Shown in pieces: positions 60,323 to 64,000 of a DNA stretch of 64,000 nucleotides. The DNA comes from Escherichia coli (GTDB taxonomy: Bacteria > Pseudomonadota > Gammaproteobacteria > Enterobacterales > Enterobacteriaceae), in assembly GCF_044324875.1 (NCBI RefSeq), contig NZ_CP172185.1. The stretch is one strand, 5' to 3'. Position 1 is the first letter of the stretch; each line of letters opens with the position of its first letter. Under the pieces are notes generated by a model. The model saw only the letters and a list, made by a program, of their open reading frames with translations. It ran no database searches and was not told where the DNA came from. The translations under genes were made by a program, and so were the position numbers.

Positions 60323-60405
60323 CAATGAGCTATTTTTGATAGTTCTTGCGGCTAATATGCTCTATATAGTGATGCTCCGATGACTTATGACTATATGGGG
60401 CAAAT

Positions 60406-61521
60406 ATGGTTACGCCAGTAAGCATCAGCAATTACATATCTCTTCCTTATGATTTTCCCGTTCGTAATATTGCACCTCAGGTAAAAGAAGTTTTAAAGGA
60501 TTTTATTGATGCGCTAAGTACAATAATATGTGATGAAGAGTGGCGTACGTCTTTAAACATCAGCTCAGCCACAAAAAAGATATTTAATAACCTTGATAAC
60601 TTATCATATATTCAGAGAACCTCTTTCCGGGGTAACGACACGCTATACAATGAAAAAGTTCAATTTAAACTCACTTATCCTGCCAGGAATGGAAGACACA
60701 AAGAAAATATTGAATTTCAGGTAGTAATAAATTTAAGCCCTATTTATTTAGATAATTTCCGCCATGATGGGGAAATTAATATTTTTTGCGCTCCCAACCC
60801 AAAGCCTGTCACTATGGGGCGCGTATTTCAGACTGGCGTCGAGCGTGTGCTCTTTCTGTTTCTGAATGACTTTATAGAACAATTTCCAATGATCAACCCT
60901 GGCGTTCCTATCAAAAGAGCGCATACGCCACATATTGAACCCCTGCATCCGGATCACCATACCGCTGCAGATTACTTACGCCAGTTTGATTTGCTTGTCC
61001 TGAATTTTATCTCTCGCGGTAATTTTGTCATACTCCCCCGATTATGGAATAACTCTGAGGTTCACAGATGGTTCGGGAATAAAGAACCTAACTTGCTCAC
61101 CGCTATTCTCGACATAACGGACAGCGAATTAAAAGAGGATTTATTGCAAAGCCTGATGGATTCACTAGGTTCTAACAAACATGTACTACCCGAAGTCTGC
61201 ATCTGCTTTTTATCCCTTTTAACAGAACAAGATTTTCCACATTTTCAGGACTTGTTTTTATTTTTCGCCAATATGTTATTGCACTATCACCAATTTATGA
61301 ATCCCAATGAAAGTGATTTGATTGACGTGTTGATGCCAGCATCATTAAGTGATGATAAAATTATCAAACATATGGCGCGCAGGACCCTCAAACTTTTTGT
61401 AAAAAATGAAACGCCGCCAAAAGTTACTCACGAAGACCTGGTGAAAAACAGGCCTCGCTCCCCTGTCAGATCACCTATACCCGCAACCGCCAAAACGCCA
61501 GACCTCCCTGAACGTCATTAA
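60406..61521 (+). CDS. yneK: uncharacterised protein YneK
   Basis: 371-aa ORF, no recognisable domain; position between yneJ and ydeA as in K-12. Confidence 0.8.
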   Translation: MVTPVSISNYISLPYDFPVRNIAPQVKEVLKDFIDALSTIICDEEWRTSLNISSATKKIFNNLDNLSYIQRTSFRGNDTLYNEKVQFKLTYPARNGRHKENIEFQVVINLSPIYLDNFRHDGEINIFCAPNPKPVTMGRVFQTGVERVLFLFLNDFIEQFPMINPGVPIKRAHTPHIEPLHPDHHTAADYLRQFDLLVLNFISRGNFVILPRLWNNSEVHRWFGNKEPNLLTAILDITDSELKEDLLQSLMDSLGSNKHVLPEVCICFLSLLTEQDFPHFQDLFLFFANMLLHYHQFMNPNESDLIDVLMPASLSDDKIIKHMARRTLKLFVKNETPPKVTHEDLVKNRPRSPVRSPIPATAKTPDLPERH

Positions 61522-61670
61522 ACCGTGATGTTACCGACTCTCTGACGCGGAACAGAATCAGCGTCAGAGAAACGGAAAACGCGATCCAGATCACAAATGC
61601 ATTGTATTCACATCATTAACCGTTTTAAGATCATTTCATCACTTTTTCGCAACTCACCCGATAATCTGTT

Positions 61671-62861
61671 ATGACAACAAACACTGTTTCCCGCAAAGTG
61701 GCGTGGCTACGGGTCGTTACGCTGGCAGTCGCCGCCTTCATCTTCAACACCACCGAATTTGTCCCTGTTGGCCTGCTCTCTGACATTGCGCAAAGTTTTC
61801 ACATGCAAACCGCTCAGGTCGGCATCATGTTGACGATTTATGCATGGGTAGTGGCGCTAATGTCATTGCCTTTTATGTTAATGACCAGTCAGGTTGAACG
61901 GCGCAAATTACTGATCTGCCTGTTTGTGGTGTTTATTGCCAGCCACGTACTGTCGTTTTTGTCGTGGAGCTTTACCGTTCTGGTGATCAGTCGCATTGGT
62001 GTGGCTTTTGCACATGCGATTTTCTGGTCGATTACGGCGTCTCTGGCGATCCGTATGGCTCCGGCCGGGAAGCGAGCGCAGGCATTGAGTTTAATTGCCA
62101 CCGGTACAGCACTGGCAATGGTATTAGGTTTACCTCTCGGGCGCATTGTGGGGCAGTATTTTGGCTGGCGAATGACCTTCTTCGCGATTGGTATCGGGGC
62201 GTTTATTACCCTTTTGTGCCTGATTAAGTTACTTCCCTTACTGCCCAGTGAGCATTCCGGTTCGCTGAAAAGCCTACCGCTATTATTCCGCCGCCCGGCA
62301 TTGATGAGCATTTATTTGTTAACTGTGGTGGTTGTCACCGCCCATTACACGGCATACAGCTATATCGAGCCTTTTGTGCAAAACATTGCGGGATTCAGCG
62401 CCAACTTTGCCACGGCATTACTGTTATTACTCGGTGGTGCGGGCATTATTGGCAGCGTGATTTTCGGTAAACTGGGTAATCAGTATGCGTCTGCGTTGGT
62501 AAGTACGGCGATTGCGCTGTTGCTGGTGTGCCTGGCACTGCTGCTACCTGCGGCGAACAGTGAAATACACCTCGGGGTGCTGAGTATTTTCTGGGGGATA
62601 GCGATGATGATCATCGGGCTTGGTATGCAGGTTAAAGTGCTGGCGCTGGCACCAGATGCTACCGACGTCGCGATGGCGCTATTCTCTGGGATATTTAATA
62701 TTGGAATCGGCGCGGGTGCGTTGGTAGGTAATCAGGTCAGTCTGCACTGGTCAATGTCGATGATTGGTTATGTGGGCGCGGTGCCTGCTTTTGCCGCGTT
62801 AATATGGTCAATCATCATTTTCCGCCGCTGGCCAGTGACACTCGAAGAACAGACGCAATAG
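61671..62861 (+). CDS. ydeA: MFS sugar (arabinose) efflux transporter YdeA
   Basis: 396-aa ORF with 12 predicted transmembrane segments, MFS family. Confidence 0.9.
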   Translation: MTTNTVSRKVAWLRVVTLAVAAFIFNTTEFVPVGLLSDIAQSFHMQTAQVGIMLTIYAWVVALMSLPFMLMTSQVERRKLLICLFVVFIASHVLSFLSWSFTVLVISRIGVAFAHAIFWSITASLAIRMAPAGKRAQALSLIATGTALAMVLGLPLGRIVGQYFGWRMTFFAIGIGAFITLLCLIKLLPLLPSEHSGSLKSLPLLFRRPALMSIYLLTVVVVTAHYTAYSYIEPFVQNIAGFSANFATALLLLLGGAGIIGSVIFGKLGNQYASALVSTAIALLLVCLALLLPAANSEIHLGVLSIFWGIAMMIIGLGMQVKVLALAPDATDVAMALFSGIFNIGIGAGALVGNQVSLHWSMSMIGYVGAVPAFAALIWSIIIFRRWPVTLEEQTQ

Positions 62862-62865
62862 TTGA

Positions 62866-62887
62866 AAGGCCCATTCGGGCCTTTTTT
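62866..62887. terminator. bidirectional intrinsic terminator between ydeA and marC
   Basis: Stem aaggccc / gggcctt with 4-nt loop followed by TTTTTT on the plus strand; overlaps the marC stop codon. Confidence 0.7.
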
Positions 62888-63551
62888 AGTGGTACGTTTT
62901 AATGATTTCCAGGATGCCGTTAATAATAAACTGCACCCCCATACATACCAGCAGGAATCCCATCAGACGGGAGATCGCTTCAATGCCCCCCTTACCCACC
63001 AGCCGCATAATTGCGCCAGAGCTGCGTAGACTTCCCCACAAAATAACCGCCACCAGGAAAAAGATCAGCGGCGGCGCAACCATCAGTACCCAATCAGCAA
63101 AGGTTGAACTCTGACGCACTGTGGACGCCGAGCTAATAATCATCGCTATGGTTCCCGGACCGGCGGTACTTGGCATTGCCAGTGGTACAAAAGCAATATT
63201 GGCGCTGGGTTCATCTTCCAGCTCTTCCGACTTGCTTTTCGCTTCCGGTGAATCAATTGCTTTCTGTTGCGGAAAGAGCATTCGAAAACCGATAAACGCG
63301 ACGATTAAGCCGCCTGCAATTCGCAGACCGGGAATCGAAATGCCAAATGTATCCATCACCAGTTGCCCGGCGTAATACGCCACCATCATGATGGCAAAGA
63401 CGTACACCGAGGCCATCAACGACTGACGATTACGTTCGGCACTGTTCATGTTGCCTGCCAGGCCAAGAAATAACGCGACAGTTGTTAATGGGTTAGCTAA
63501 CGGTAGTAACACCACCAGCCCCAGGCCAATTGCTTTAAATAAATCTAACAT
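62886..63551 (-). CDS. marC: MarC-family inner-membrane protein
   Basis: 221-aa membrane ORF transcribed divergently from marO/marR. Confidence 0.92.
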   Translation of the reverse strand: MLDLFKAIGLGLVVLLPLANPLTTVALFLGLAGNMNSAERNRQSLMASVYVFAIMMVAYYAGQLVMDTFGISIPGLRIAGGLIVAFIGFRMLFPQQKAIDSPEAKSKSEELEDEPSANIAFVPLAMPSTAGPGTIAMIISSASTVRQSSTFADWVLMVAPPLIFFLVAVILWGSLRSSGAIMRLVGKGGIEAISRLMGFLLVCMGVQFIINGILEIIKTYH

Positions 63552-63664
63552 TGGTGGTTGTTATCCTGTGTATCTGGGTTATCAGCGAAAAGTATAAGGG
63601 GTAAACAACGATAAAGTGTCACTCTTTAGCTAGCCTTGCATCGCACTGACCAAAACTTGAACCG

Positions 63665-63760
63665 ATTTAGCAAAACGTGGCATCGGTCAATTCATTCATT
63701 TGACTTATACTTGCCTGGGCAATATTATCCCCTGCAACTAATTACTTGCCAGGGCAACTA
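63665..63760 (+). promoter_or_regulatory. marO: marbox, marRAB promoter and the two MarR operator sites
   Basis: Marbox-like GATTTAGCAAAACGTGGCATCGG (63665-63687); -35 TTGACT (63700-63705), 17-bp spacer, -10 TATTAT (63723-63728); MarR site I TACTTGCCTGGGCAATA overlapping the promoter and site II TACTTGCCAGGGCAACTA (63743-63760). Confidence 0.85.
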
Positions 63761-63762
63761 AT

Positions 63763-64000
63763 GTGAAAAGTACCAGCGATCTGTTCAATGAAATTATTCC
63801 ATTGGGTCGCTTAATCCATATGGTTAATCAGAAGAAAGATCGCCTGCTTAACGAGTATCTGTCTCCGCTGGATATTACCGCGGCACAGTTTAAGGTGCTC
63901 TGCTCTATCCGCTGCGCGGCGTGTATTACTCCGGTTGAACTGAAAAAAGTGTTATCGGTCGACCTGGGGGCGCTGACCCGTATGCTGGATCGCCTGGTCT
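63763..64000 (+). CDS. marR: MarR repressor, 5' partial (runs off window end)
   Basis: GTG start; translation MKSTSDLFNEIIPLGRLIHMVNQKKDRLLNEYLSPLDITAAQFKVLCSIRCAACITPVELKKVLSVDLGALTRMLDRLV. Confidence 0.92.
   Translation, partial: MKSTSDLFNEIIPLGRLIHMVNQKKDRLLNEYLSPLDITAAQFKVLCSIRCAACITPVELKKVLSVDLGALTRMLDRLV

Overview
This 64 kb window is a contiguous stretch of an Escherichia coli chromosome matching the K-12 interval from gadBC to the start of marR. Gene order, all mostly on the minus strand up to hipBA: gadC, gadB, pqqL-yddB-yddA, ydeN-ydeM, safA-ydeO, ydeP, a complete F9-type chaperone-usher fimbrial operon, an AraC-family fragment, a ~10 kb accessory cluster, hipBA, an IS1-truncated autotransporter, then lsrRK / lsrACDBFG, tam, yneE, uxaB, dgcF, yneG, glsB, sad, yneJ, yneK, ydeA, marC and the marO/marR start. 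The strain is not K-12: the fimbrial operon is intact, and the window carries an IS100 and an IS1. No tRNA, rRNA, CRISPR array or prophage was seen. The three observations most worth a second look are (1) a hipA allele with an in-frame loss of 46 codons covering the kinase catalytic core, next to an intact hipB and its four operators; (2) a LysR-associated accessory cluster of carbonyl/quinone-detoxification-type enzymes, including two signal-peptide-bearing tandem-domain proteins (CMD-CMD and ABM-ABM); (3) a simple IS100 insertion with a perfect 5-bp target duplication splitting an aldo-keto reductase gene in that cluster. Gene identities come from recognising the translated ORFs; comparisons with K-12 lengths and content are from memory and were not checked by alignment.
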